Below, piece by piece: positions 8,930-18,116 of a stretch of 41,526 nucleotides of DNA. The notes under the pieces were generated by a model. The model did no database searches, had not been told where the DNA came from, and saw nothing but the letters and a program-made list of their open reading frames with translations. The DNA is from an uncultured Alphaproteobacteria bacterium. GTDB lineage: Bacteria; Pseudomonadota; Alphaproteobacteria; MPNO01; UBA830. A program made the position numbers and the translations under genes. How positions within the stretch are numbered: the stretch's first letter is position 1; every line of letters starts with the position of its first letter. The stretch covers positions 1 through 41,526 of the forward strand of contig CAJQLI010000022.1 in assembly GCA_905479125.1 (NCBI GenBank), in the 5' to 3' direction.

Positions 8930-9693
8930 CCGGATGGGATCGATTGTCGATCGAACTCGATGCCTGGTCGGCGGCAGGCCGGGCCGCTGAATTCTGGTGG
9001 CGGGATGACGATGCGATCGACACCACGCCGGCGCTGGACCGCCTGCTTTCCCTGCGGGCCGCCCTGGACCTGCCATTGGCGCTTGCGGTCATTCCGACCA
9101 ATGCCAGCCCGGCGCTTATCCCGGCGCTGAAGGGGCAGGCGGGTATCGATATCCTGCAACACGGCTATGCCCATGTCAGTCATCGGCCCGAGGATGAAAA
9201 GAAGGCCGAACTCGGGGCCGACCGGGATCTCTGGGACATCGCGCGCGAGGTGTCCGATGGACGTGGGCGGATGCTTGGTCTGTTCGATGGTGATTGGCTC
9301 GATGTCATGGTTCCGCCGTGGAACCGCATAGACCCTGCGGTCATAAACCTTTTGCCCGGATTGGGGTTTCACGGCCTGAGCACGTTCAACGCACGCGCGG
9401 CGGACGGTATCTCCTCTGATCTGACTGTCGTTAATACCCATGTCGACATCATCGACTGGGTCGGAACACGGGAATATGCCGGTGATGACGCCGTACTCTC
9501 CGCCGCGGTTGAACACCTGGCGGCGAAACGCACAGGCAGTGCCGACCCGGCGGAAGCGACCGGTATTCTGTCCCACCATCTGGCGCATGACGATGCCTGT
9601 TGGGGATTCATTGAAAAATTCGGGCGCTTCACCGCGCTGCACCCTGCGGTCAGGTGGCGGTCGGCCACCGACCTGTTCCCGGTGTCGTCATGA
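8926..9693 (+). CDS. Polysaccharide deacetylase (NodB/CE4-like) family protein
   Basis: WWRDDDA catalytic motif, QHGYAH metal-binding motif, VPPWNRI, LSHH; ATGA coupling. Confidence 0.85.
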   Translation: MTGWDRLSIELDAWSAAGRAAEFWWRDDDAIDTTPALDRLLSLRAALDLPLALAVIPTNASPALIPALKGQAGIDILQHGYAHVSHRPEDEKKAELGADRDLWDIAREVSDGRGRMLGLFDGDWLDVMVPPWNRIDPAVINLLPGLGFHGLSTFNARAADGISSDLTVVNTHVDIIDWVGTREYAGDDAVLSAAVEHLAAKRTGSADPAEATGILSHHLAHDDACWGFIEKFGRFTALHPAVRWRSATDLFPVSS

Positions 9694-10217
9694 CCGGATC
9701 CACGTCGCACCGTCATACGTTCAAGTCGCTGACATCCGATTATACCCGGTCCTTTGGCGGTGTTCTGGTGATGGTCCTGCCGCTTAGCAGCGTCGAAACA
9801 ACCGGGACGGTCGCCTGGGCGCTTGCGGCCGGCGCCTTGTTGTTTGCGGTTTATGGTTTCAACACAATCCTGCGGCACCTTGGTGCCGTCGAATGCAATG
9901 ACACCGGCATATCTGTTTCGGGGCTGTTCAGGCGGTCTGTCGCATGGACGGAGGTAACGGATGTACAGGTGCGCTATTTTTCAACCCGGCGCGATGGAAG
10001 AAAAGGCTGGATGCAACTTGTCGTCAAAAGTCCCACTGCAAGTATCCGGATCGAATCGACTCTTGCCGGGTTCACAGATATTGTTGGGGCCGCGGTGGAC
10101 GCCGCGAACACGAAAGGCATCGACCTTTCATCAACGACGCTCGGAAACGCAGAAGTTCTGGGCGTTAAAACCGGGTTATTCACGTCAGGCAACGGATCCC
10201 CATGCCGGATCTCTTAA
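9690..10217 (+). CDS. Hypothetical membrane protein (2 TM + PH-like beta domain)
   Basis: Two hydrophobic segments, then a beta-rich domain (AWTEV..VRYFSTRRDG..GWMQL); ATGA-coupled to the deacetylase. Confidence 0.7.
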   Translation: MTGSTSHRHTFKSLTSDYTRSFGGVLVMVLPLSSVETTGTVAWALAAGALLFAVYGFNTILRHLGAVECNDTGISVSGLFRRSVAWTEVTDVQVRYFSTRRDGRKGWMQLVVKSPTASIRIESTLAGFTDIVGAAVDAANTKGIDLSSTTLGNAEVLGVKTGLFTSGNGSPCRIS

Positions 10218-12082
10218 ACGTCAACGACCTCAAGGTCGAATTCCACGTGACGGAAGGTGTCGTTCGCGCAGTCAACGGTGTGAGCTTTCGCGTGCCGGCA
10301 GGCAAGACTGTGGCGCTGGTTGGCGAGTCCGGCTCCGGCAAGTCAGTTGTGTCCCAGACGGTCATGGGCATCCTTCCGAAATCGGCAAAGGTCACCGGCG
10401 GCGAGGTGATTTTTCACGATCCGCGTGACGGTTCAGTCACCGATCTGCTGACCCTCGACCAGGATGGCGACAAGATGCGTTCGATCCGCGGCGGGCGGAT
10501 ATCGATCATCTTCCAGGAACCGATGACTTCGCTTTCGCCGGTACACACGGTGGGAGACCAGATTTCAGAAGCATTGTTTCTGCATCGAGAAGTCACCAAG
10601 GCTGAAGGGATGGAGCTGACGGCGGAAATGTTGCGGCTGGTCGGATTTCCGGATCCGAAACGGGCACTCCGCACCTATCCGTTCGAGCTGTCCGGCGGGT
10701 TGCGTCAGCGCGCGATGATTGCGATGGCCCTTGTCTGCCGCCCGGCACTATTGGTCGCGGATGAGCCGACGACGGCGCTTGATGTGACTATTCAGGCGCA
10801 GATTCTGAAATTGCTGAACGACCTGCAGTCGGATCTGCAGATGGCCGTTCTGATGATCACCCATGATCTTGGCGTGGTCGCGAATGTCGCTGATGAAATC
10901 GTCGTGATGTATCACGGCGGCGTATTGGAACGCGGAACGCTGGACGATATTTACCGCGCCCCCGGGCATGATTACCTGCGCGCACTTCTCCGGGCGGTGC
11001 CGCGGTTCAACATGAAACCGGGCGAACGTCTTATACCGCTGCGGGAAATTGAACACCGGACCGGTCACCTGCTGGCGGAACGTGAAGAAGAACCGGTCAA
11101 GCTCGATACGCCGTTGCTTCGGGTAACCGGTCTGACCAAATCCTACGAGCTTCGAAAGGGTGGTCTGTTTGCCGCTGGCGATACGCAGAAAGTACTGGCG
11201 GTCGATGATGTCAGCTTTTTCGTGCGCCAGGGTGAATGTCTGGGCCTGGTCGGTGAATCGGGTTGCGGCAAGACGACCCTGTCGAAAATGATTATGCGGG
11301 CGCTGACACCGGATTCCGGAGAGGTCGTGTTCAACGACCGCGGCCAGGACGTTGATCTGACGCAGCTGACTGAAAAGGAACTGCTGCCGTATCGGCGCAA
11401 GATACAGTTCATGTTCCAGGACCCGTTCTCGTCTCTCAATCCGCGGATGACCGTGTTCGACATCATCTCGGAGCCGTTATTGATCCATAAGATTGGCGAC
11501 AAGGAATACCGCGCCGAGATGGTGCAGGAGCTGATGGCGCTGGTTGGTCTCGATCCGCGCTCGCTGAATCGCTACCCGCATTCATTTTCGGGCGGACAGC
11601 GCCAGCGTATCGGTATCGCGCGCGCCCTGGCGCTCAAGCCTGAATTACTGTTATGCGACGAGCCCGTATCGGCGCTCGACGTCTCGGTACAGGCGCAAAT
11701 TCTCAATCTGATGAAGGACCTCCAGAAAGACCTGGGGCTGACCTATCTTTTCGTTTCCCATAACCTCGCCGTCGTCGACTATATCGCAGACCGCATCGCC
11801 GTTATGTGTGCCGGGCGTCTTGTGGAAACGGCGCCGCGCGATGTCTTGTTCCGCGCGCCCGTCCATCCCTATACGCGCGCGCTGCTTTCCGCGGTTCCCA
11901 AGCCCGACCCTGATTCACGGCTGGACCTGTCGGCGTTGATGGAAGGCAAGGCATCGATCCCGTCCGAATGGCCCGAACCATTCACGATTGCCGATAGCCG
12001 AGACATGACACTGGTGGATCTCGGTGATGAGCATTTTGTCCGTGCCGATCCAACCGCCGATATGAAGGCGTTCGTCGCATGA
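10202..12082 (+). CDS. Dpp/Opp-type ABC transporter ATP-binding protein with two fused NBDs
   Basis: GESGSGKS and GESGCGKT Walker A; LSGGLRQR and FSGGQRQR signatures; DEPTTALD and DEPVSALD; HPYT motif. Confidence 0.95.
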   Translation: MPDLLNVNDLKVEFHVTEGVVRAVNGVSFRVPAGKTVALVGESGSGKSVVSQTVMGILPKSAKVTGGEVIFHDPRDGSVTDLLTLDQDGDKMRSIRGGRISIIFQEPMTSLSPVHTVGDQISEALFLHREVTKAEGMELTAEMLRLVGFPDPKRALRTYPFELSGGLRQRAMIAMALVCRPALLVADEPTTALDVTIQAQILKLLNDLQSDLQMAVLMITHDLGVVANVADEIVVMYHGGVLERGTLDDIYRAPGHDYLRALLRAVPRFNMKPGERLIPLREIEHRTGHLLAEREEEPVKLDTPLLRVTGLTKSYELRKGGLFAAGDTQKVLAVDDVSFFVRQGECLGLVGESGCGKTTLSKMIMRALTPDSGEVVFNDRGQDVDLTQLTEKELLPYRRKIQFMFQDPFSSLNPRMTVFDIISEPLLIHKIGDKEYRAEMVQELMALVGLDPRSLNRYPHSFSGGQRQRIGIARALALKPELLLCDEPVSALDVSVQAQILNLMKDLQKDLGLTYLFVSHNLAVVDYIADRIAVMCAGRLVETAPRDVLFRAPVHPYTRALLSAVPKPDPDSRLDLSALMEGKASIPSEWPEPFTIADSRDMTLVDLGDEHFVRADPTADMKAFVA

Positions 12083-14013
12083 TGTTTCTGAGGGTATCTG
12101 TATTGGCCGTGGCATTTGCAGCGGCCGGAGTGATGACCGGGACGGCGACGTCGGCTTTCGGCAGGGATATGCCGTTGATCGAATCCCCGTTGCTTGCCGC
12201 CAAAGTAACGAAGGGTGAATTGCCGCCTGTCAGCGAGAGACTGCCTGTAGAGCCGCGTGTCGTGAAGGTCGCAAAACCAGGCCTGCATGGCGGCACGATG
12301 CGAGTGGTTTTCGGTCGGTCCAAGGACACGCGTATCATGGTCGTTTACGGCTATGCGCGTCTCATGACCTACGATGCGGAGTTTATTATCCGCCCCGACA
12401 TTCTTGAACGCGTCGATGTTGAACTCGGCCGGGTGTTCACGCTGCATTTACGGAAGGGACATCGCTGGTCGGACGGTCACCCCTTCACCACCGAGGATTT
12501 CCGCTATTGGTGGGAAGATATTGCGAACGAGCGTGCGCTGTCGCCGCTCGGCCCGGCAAAGAAACTGATCGTCGCGGGCGAGGCGCCAAGTGTCGAGATT
12601 ATAGGCCCGTATACGATCCGTTATTCCTGGGGCTCTCCGAATCCGCATTTCCTGCCGGCGCTGGCATCGGCGACGCCACTCTATATCTACCGGCCGGCGC
12701 ATTATCTGAAGAAATTTCATCAGCGCTATGCCGATCCGGAAAAGCTTGCCGCGCTGGTTGAGAAGTCCGGTCGGCGCAATTGGGCGGCCCTGCATAACCG
12801 GCAGGATAATCAGTATAAAAACGACAATCCGGACCTGCCGACCCTGCAGCCCTGGGTCTTGCAGACGAAGCCGCCGTCACAACGTTTCCTGTTTGACAGA
12901 AACCCCTATTTTCACCGGGTTGATCAGAACGGTCGCCAATTGCCTTACACCGACCAGGTTGCAATGGGCGTGGCTGCAGCCGGTGTCATCCCGTTGAAGA
13001 CAGGGGCGGGCGAAAGTGATCTGCAGGCGCGCGGGCTGGCGTTCAGCGACTATACATTCCTCAAAGAGGCTGAAAAGCGCGAGAATTTCAAAATTCATTT
13101 GTGGCAGACCGCAAAAGGCTCTCACCTGGCACTGTTCCCGAACCTCAACGCGAAGGATCCGGTCTGGCGCAAGCTGTTCCAGAACGTGGAATACAGACGC
13201 GCCCTGTCGCTGGCGATAAACCGGCACGAGATCAACCAGGTGATCTATTACGGGTTGGCGACAGAGGGCCAGAATACTGTGTTGCCCGGCAGCCCGCTGT
13301 TCAAAAAGGAATATCTCGATGCCTGGGCGCTGTTCGACTTGAAGGCGGCGAACGCCAAACTTGATGCAATGGGGCTGACAAAACGGGACTCGCGCGGCAT
13401 TCGGTTGCTGCCCGATGGCCGACCGATGGAAATCATCGTCGAGACCGCGGGCGAGGACACGGAACAGACCGACGTGCTGGAACTCATCCATGATTCGTGG
13501 CTGGCAGCCGGGGTAAAGCTTTTCACACGCCCGTCGCAGCGTGAAGTTTTCCGAAATCGAATTTTCGCAGGTGAAACGCTGGTCTCGATCTGGTCGGGGC
13601 ATGAGTTCGGCATTCCCAATGCGGACACCATTCCCGACGAATTTTCGCCGACGGACCAGCTTCAGTTGCAATGGCCTAAATGGGGCCAGCATTTCCAGAC
13701 CCGCGGTCGCGCCGGTACGCCGCCGACGGACGAGTACGCTCTTGAACTTCTGAAGCTCAACCGGGCCTGGGCCTATGCCCGATCGCGTCAGGAACGCCGG
13801 GATATCTGGCGCCGGATGCTGGAAATAAATGCGGACCGTGTGTATTCAATCGGTCTGGTCTCTGCTGTGCCGCAGCCCGTGGTGATCAATTCCGACCTGA
13901 AGAACGTGCCGGTCAAAGGTGTTTTCAACTGGAATCCGGGGGCGCATTTCGGGGTCTACATGCCGGATACGTTCTGGTTTGATAAGGCCGAACGCCGACA
14001 GGCGCAGAAATAG
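12079..14013 (+). CDS. ABC transporter substrate-binding protein, family 5
   Basis: Signal peptide; GELPPVSERLP, LRKGHRWSDGHPFTTED, RNPYF and RRALSLAINR family-5 motifs. Confidence 0.93.
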   Translation: MMFLRVSVLAVAFAAAGVMTGTATSAFGRDMPLIESPLLAAKVTKGELPPVSERLPVEPRVVKVAKPGLHGGTMRVVFGRSKDTRIMVVYGYARLMTYDAEFIIRPDILERVDVELGRVFTLHLRKGHRWSDGHPFTTEDFRYWWEDIANERALSPLGPAKKLIVAGEAPSVEIIGPYTIRYSWGSPNPHFLPALASATPLYIYRPAHYLKKFHQRYADPEKLAALVEKSGRRNWAALHNRQDNQYKNDNPDLPTLQPWVLQTKPPSQRFLFDRNPYFHRVDQNGRQLPYTDQVAMGVAAAGVIPLKTGAGESDLQARGLAFSDYTFLKEAEKRENFKIHLWQTAKGSHLALFPNLNAKDPVWRKLFQNVEYRRALSLAINRHEINQVIYYGLATEGQNTVLPGSPLFKKEYLDAWALFDLKAANAKLDAMGLTKRDSRGIRLLPDGRPMEIIVETAGEDTEQTDVLELIHDSWLAAGVKLFTRPSQREVFRNRIFAGETLVSIWSGHEFGIPNADTIPDEFSPTDQLQLQWPKWGQHFQTRGRAGTPPTDEYALELLKLNRAWAYARSRQERRDIWRRMLEINADRVYSIGLVSAVPQPVVINSDLKNVPVKGVFNWNPGAHFGVYMPDTFWFDKAERRQAQK

Positions 14014-14026
14014 GCGGAATGTATAA

Positions 14027-15025
14027 ATGCTGAGATTTCTCGTTCACCGCCTTTTCATCATGATCCCGACACTGCTGGCGATCAGCCTGATCGTGTTTGT
14101 GATTATCCAGTTGCCGCCGGGCGATTATCTGACCAGCTACATCAATGAGCTGCAAAGCCAGGGCGAGTCGGTCGACGAGGCAAAAATCGCATTCCTCCGG
14201 GAACAGTACGGGCTCGACAAACCGTGGTGGCAGCAATACCTCGTCTGGCTGTTCGGGATGCTTCAGGGTGATTTCGGATTTTCGTTCGAGCACAACCAGC
14301 CTGTATCCGAGGTTGTCGGGGACCGGTTGTGGCTCAGCTTCCTGGTGTCGATCAGCACCATCATGTTCACCTGGGCGGTGTCATTTCCGATCGGTGTCTA
14401 TTCGGCGACGCACCAGTATTCCTGGGGCGATTACGGATTGTCATTCCTCGGTTTTCTTGGGCTTGCGACGCCGAATTTCCTGCTCGCCCTTGTGATGCTG
14501 TATCTTGCCAATCGATGGTTCGGCACATCGGTCGGGGGGCTGATGGATGACCAGTTCATCGGCCAGCCCTGGACCTGGGGAAAGTTTCTATCGGTTCTCG
14601 AACACCTTTGGGTGCCCGTGGTCGTTATCGGTACGTCCGGCACGGCCGGCATGATCCGGCGGCTCCGGGCCAACCTGCTGGACGAGTTGCAACGCCAATA
14701 CGTGACGACCGGCCGCGCCAAGGGAATGTCTCCGCGTAAACTCCTGATCAAGTATCCTCTGCGGATGTCGCTTAATCCGTTTATCGCCGATATCGGCAAC
14801 CTGTTGCCGCAGGTCGTTTCCGGCTCGGTTATCGTGTCCGTTGTACTGTCATTGCCGACCACCGGGCCGATGCTCCTGCGCGCCTTGCAGAGCCAGGATA
14901 TGTATCTGGCCGGGGCGTTCCTGATGTTCCTGTCCCTGCTGACGGTGATCGGCGTATTTATTTCGGACATCCTGCTGGCGATGCTTGATCCACGAATCCG
15001 TCTCGGTGGGGGGGCAACGCGATGA
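14027..15025 (+). CDS. ABC transporter permease (DppB-like)
   Basis: LPPGD, YGLDKP..QY, GDFGFSF, EAA-like YVTTGRAKG and C-terminal LDPRI. Confidence 0.95.
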   Translation: MLRFLVHRLFIMIPTLLAISLIVFVIIQLPPGDYLTSYINELQSQGESVDEAKIAFLREQYGLDKPWWQQYLVWLFGMLQGDFGFSFEHNQPVSEVVGDRLWLSFLVSISTIMFTWAVSFPIGVYSATHQYSWGDYGLSFLGFLGLATPNFLLALVMLYLANRWFGTSVGGLMDDQFIGQPWTWGKFLSVLEHLWVPVVVIGTSGTAGMIRRLRANLLDELQRQYVTTGRAKGMSPRKLLIKYPLRMSLNPFIADIGNLLPQVVSGSVIVSVVLSLPTTGPMLLRALQSQDMYLAGAFLMFLSLLTVIGVFISDILLAMLDPRIRLGGGATR

Positions 15026-16194
15026 GTCCTCCATCCAGGGGAGATGAGCCGCTTGAACACTGGGTATCGGATGCGCCGTTCGATCCGCATGTCGCCGAAG
15101 CGCTGACGCCGGAACAGGAACGCATCTATATGGCGTCGCAATGGCGCATCATGTGGATCCGCTTCAAGCGTCACAAGCTTGCCGTCTGGTCCGGCGCCAT
15201 TCTCGGCCTGATTTATTTCAGCGTGCTGATCAGCGAATTCATTGCGCCTTACAACTTGAATACCCGGCACACGGACCATATTTATGCGCCACCGCAATCA
15301 ATCAATCTTTTCCATGAAGGCAGCCTGAAATCGCCCTTTACCTACGGTCTCAAATACACGCTGAACATGGAGAACCTGAAGCGAGAATACAGCGACGATG
15401 AATCCCGTGTCGACCGGATTCGTTTCTTCTGTCTCGGCGACAGCTACAATTTCTGGGGACTGATCCCCATGCGGTTCCACCTGGTGTGTCCACCGAAAGA
15501 CGGCACCATGTTTCTGCTGGGCACGGACCGATTGGGCCGCGATATGTTCTCGCGCATCGTTATCGGTACGCGCATATCGCTGACGGTCGGTCTCATCGGG
15601 ATCACTATCAGCTTTGCGCTCGGCATGTTTTTTGGCGGACTTGCAGGCTATTACGGCGGCTGGATCGATAACGTTATCCAGCGTGTGATCGAGGTTATCC
15701 GGTCGTTCCCCGAATTGCCGCTATGGATGGCGTTGTCCGCAGCGTTGCCGGTGACCTGGAGCCCGATCGTCATCTACTTCGGGATCACTATCATTCTGGG
15801 CCTGCTCGACTGGACCGGCCTGGCGCGGGCGGTGCGATCAAAACTGCTGGCGATCCGGGAAGAGGACTTCGTGTCCGCAGCGCGTTTGATGGGCGCGAAA
15901 CCAAGCCGGATTATCTGGCGTCACATGATGCCGAGCTTCATGAGCCATCTGATCGCGTCCGCGACCCTGTCGATCCCGGCCATGATCCTGGGTGAGACCG
16001 CGCTGTCGTTCCTAGGGCTCGGTCTGCGCCCGCCGATCACCAGTTGGGGTGTTTTGCTGGCCGAGGCGCAGAACATCAATGTCGTCGCGCTGTATCCCTG
16101 GCTGATGCTGCCGGTCGTGCCGGTGATTATCGTGATTCTCGCCTTCAATTTCCTTGGCGACGGACTGCGCGACGCGGCGGATCCGTATAAGTAG
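15022..16194 (+). CDS. ABC transporter permease (DppC-like)
   Basis: LGTDRLGRDMFSR, DFVSAARLMGA (EAA loop), ETALSFLGLG, FNFLGDGLRDAADP. Confidence 0.95.
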   Translation: MSPPSRGDEPLEHWVSDAPFDPHVAEALTPEQERIYMASQWRIMWIRFKRHKLAVWSGAILGLIYFSVLISEFIAPYNLNTRHTDHIYAPPQSINLFHEGSLKSPFTYGLKYTLNMENLKREYSDDESRVDRIRFFCLGDSYNFWGLIPMRFHLVCPPKDGTMFLLGTDRLGRDMFSRIVIGTRISLTVGLIGITISFALGMFFGGLAGYYGGWIDNVIQRVIEVIRSFPELPLWMALSAALPVTWSPIVIYFGITIILGLLDWTGLARAVRSKLLAIREEDFVSAARLMGAKPSRIIWRHMMPSFMSHLIASATLSIPAMILGETALSFLGLGLRPPITSWGVLLAEAQNINVVALYPWLMLPVVPVIIVILAFNFLGDGLRDAADPYK

Positions 16195-16228
16195 CGCGAG
16201 CCGGATCATCGGGAGGTGGATTTTCTAC

Positions 16229-16257
16229 TTGCTCCTGAAATCACAGGGGCTTATCAG
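16229..16257 (+). promoter_or_regulatory. Putative sigma70-type promoter of the leader/GNAT transcript
   Basis: TTGCTC (16229-34), 17-bp spacer, TATCAG (16252-57); would start transcription at or just before ATG 16267. Confidence 0.35.
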
Positions 16258-16266
16258 CTGCGCCCC

Positions 16267-16371
16267 ATGACATACACAATTACCCTTGAGCGAATTGCTA
16301 CGGTCGCACGCCTTGTCAAAGGCGTGCGGGCGGATGGTCGTGTGTGTCTTGAAGGGACCCGGATAGTTTAG
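16267..16371 (+). CDS. Putative 34-aa leader peptide MTYTITLERIATVARLVKGVRADGRVCLEGTRIV (attenuator uORF)
   Basis: ATG..TAG ORF spanning the 1:2 hairpin and the antiterminator strand, ending 27 nt before the terminator stem. Confidence 0.55.
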   Translation: MTYTITLERIATVARLVKGVRADGRVCLEGTRIV

Positions 16372-16430
16372 TCCAACTCTTCTTTTTCACAGGCTGATCC
16401 GCCCGCGGGACCCCGCGAGGCGGTTTTTTT
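16305..16430 (+). promoter_or_regulatory. Transcription attenuator with mutually exclusive hairpins upstream of the GNAT gene
   Basis: CGCACGCCTT(16305-14)/AAGGCGTGCG(16319-28) 10-bp stem; GCGGGCGGAT(16326-35) perfectly complementary to ATCCGCCCGC(16397-406); terminator 16399-16430. Confidence 0.7.
16399..16430 (+). terminator. Rho-independent terminator (attenuator terminator)
   Basis: CCGCC-CGCGG-gacc-CCGCG-a-GGCGG followed by T7. Confidence 0.85.
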
Positions 16431-16475
16431 ATGCCCGGAATTCTGAAAGCCCTAAAACCCTGAAAGGAAATTATC

Positions 16476-16955
16476 ATGGGCGCGTTGACAGATCACAGAC
16501 AGGATCACGAATTTTATCAGAGCACGTATGCCAAGGTGACATTCACCCGCGACGGCGTTGATTGGGATGTGCTGGCCGATATTTATGCCCGCGCCCCGCT
16601 TGCCGAGCGTACGGCCGCCGAGGTCAGGCGCGCCTTCGCCAACAGCTACTTGTGTTGCTTTGCCTGGGTGGATGGCCGGCTTGTCGGCGCGGCGCGGGCC
16701 ACGTCGGACGGCGTTTTCTATGCCACTGTTCTGGATGTCGCGGTTGACCCCGGGTTTCAGGGCGCCGGAATCGGGCAAAAGATGATGCGGGCGCTCCTGC
16801 GCCGGTTGCCGGTTCAGAAGGTGTATCTGACTACCGTGCCGGGTAAGGAAGGCTTCTACGAGAAGCTTGGCTTCCTGCACCAGACCAATGCGATGGGCTT
16901 CTTCCCGCTTGGTGACCGCAAAGAGGCGCTGGAGCGAGGCGTCCTCGTCGAGTAG
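16476..16955 (+). CDS. GNAT family N-acetyltransferase
   Basis: LVGAARA..DG, motif A DVAVDPGFQGAGIG, motif B GFYEKLGF; AAGGA SD. Confidence 0.92.
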   Translation: MGALTDHRQDHEFYQSTYAKVTFTRDGVDWDVLADIYARAPLAERTAAEVRRAFANSYLCCFAWVDGRLVGAARATSDGVFYATVLDVAVDPGFQGAGIGQKMMRALLRRLPVQKVYLTTVPGKEGFYEKLGFLHQTNAMGFFPLGDRKEALERGVLVE

Positions 16956-16958
16956 CGG

Positions 16959-18053
16959 TCACCCTTCCAGGCTTGAATCAGTCGTCGATTCGAACGGATC
17001 GACGTCGAGTTCAATCCCGATGCCCTGCGCGCGTGCTTTTTCGTAGAGAAGCCGCCCGATTACCTGGTCACCGACGCCCCAGAATGCGTTCTGTTTGAAG
17101 AACGTGATCTGGTTGTCGTCGGTGCGCCCGGCATCGCCGCGCATGACCTGGGCGAGATCAAAGACCTTGTCCCATGAAATTATGCCTTCCTCCGCCGCGC
17201 CCCAGACAATGGCGGTCCGGTCCAGCTTGTCCTGCTCGATCGAGTTACAGACCACTATGTCGGCGCGCTGCAAAGTGGTGTTGTCGATTTCACGCCGGGC
17301 TTCCGAGATGAAACCGGCTTCGTGCAGGCCCTTATTGGATGATACCAGTGAACAGACATGGGCGCCCGGTGACAGCCAGTCGCCGTCGAACGTCGGCACG
17401 TTGGAGTTTGTTGCAGTCAGCACGATATCCATGCCCTCGACCGCTTCGCGGGCGGTATCGACGGCCGTGACCTTCATGCCGAGAATCTGCGCCATCGATC
17501 CGGCGTACCGCTTGCGGTTATCTTCATTCGGGCTGAACACGAAGGCCTCTTCGATGTCCGGCATTGCCGCTTTTACGGCCGCAAGCTGGCCGCGTGCCTG
17601 ACCGCGTGACCCAAGAATACCGACGGTCTTTGAATTTTTCTTCGCCAGCCACTTGGTGCCGACGGCGGTCGCGCAACTGGTCGGAATGACGACGTTCTGG
17701 TTGACGCCCGGAAGTTCTTCGACTTCCAGCTCGCCGACCTGGATCGAGAGCAATCCACCGTTTTCGCCTTCGTAAATAACACGGACACGCGCGCCGCGAT
17801 GCGAATAGGTCTGACGTTTGTCTTCGTTGATGACGATCTTCTCCGTATGGAGGAGTGTTCCTATTGCATTTGCTGAATCCGGTGCGCCAATATGGACTGT
17901 CAGGCGTACGCCCTGCGGCGAATGAATGCGTTGGCGCAGTTCGGCCAGCCAGTCATTTTTTGACCAGTCGAGAAACCCCTGTTCCATGGCATCAACGGCT
18001 TCCTTGATCGTGATCAGCCCTTTTACGTCTTTCGGCCCGAGTACCAGCACCAT
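16959..18053 (-). CDS. Ornithine cyclodeaminase / mu-crystallin family protein
   Basis: Rossmann GILGSRGQA, AVEGMDIVLTATNS, WLSPGAHV, REID and GRTDDNQITFFK motifs. Confidence 0.85.
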   Translation of the reverse strand: MVLVLGPKDVKGLITIKEAVDAMEQGFLDWSKNDWLAELRQRIHSPQGVRLTVHIGAPDSANAIGTLLHTEKIVINEDKRQTYSHRGARVRVIYEGENGGLLSIQVGELEVEELPGVNQNVVIPTSCATAVGTKWLAKKNSKTVGILGSRGQARGQLAAVKAAMPDIEEAFVFSPNEDNRKRYAGSMAQILGMKVTAVDTAREAVEGMDIVLTATNSNVPTFDGDWLSPGAHVCSLVSSNKGLHEAGFISEARREIDNTTLQRADIVVCNSIEQDKLDRTAIVWGAAEEGIISWDKVFDLAQVMRGDAGRTDDNQITFFKQNAFWGVGDQVIGRLLYEKARAQGIGIELDVDPFESTTDSSLEG

Positions 18054-18116
18054 TTTTGTTACCCCCCTTTATGTCGGATATACTCACAGCCTAATGGTTT
18101 AATCCGATACCTGGTA

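Noticed and set aside
7601-9642. Long antisense ORFs (304 and 315 aa), and similar ones at 1635-2459, 12877-13692, 14431-15297, 28424-29314 and 32502-33335
   Set aside because: Shadow ORFs opposite well-supported genes, expected from high-GC codon bias; no recognisable motifs
16260-16440. Known metabolite riboswitch (cobalamin, SAM, TPP, glycine) upstream of the GNAT gene
   Set aside because: No conserved aptamer motifs recognised; a uORF-based attenuator explains the structure better, though an Rfam scan is needed to be sure
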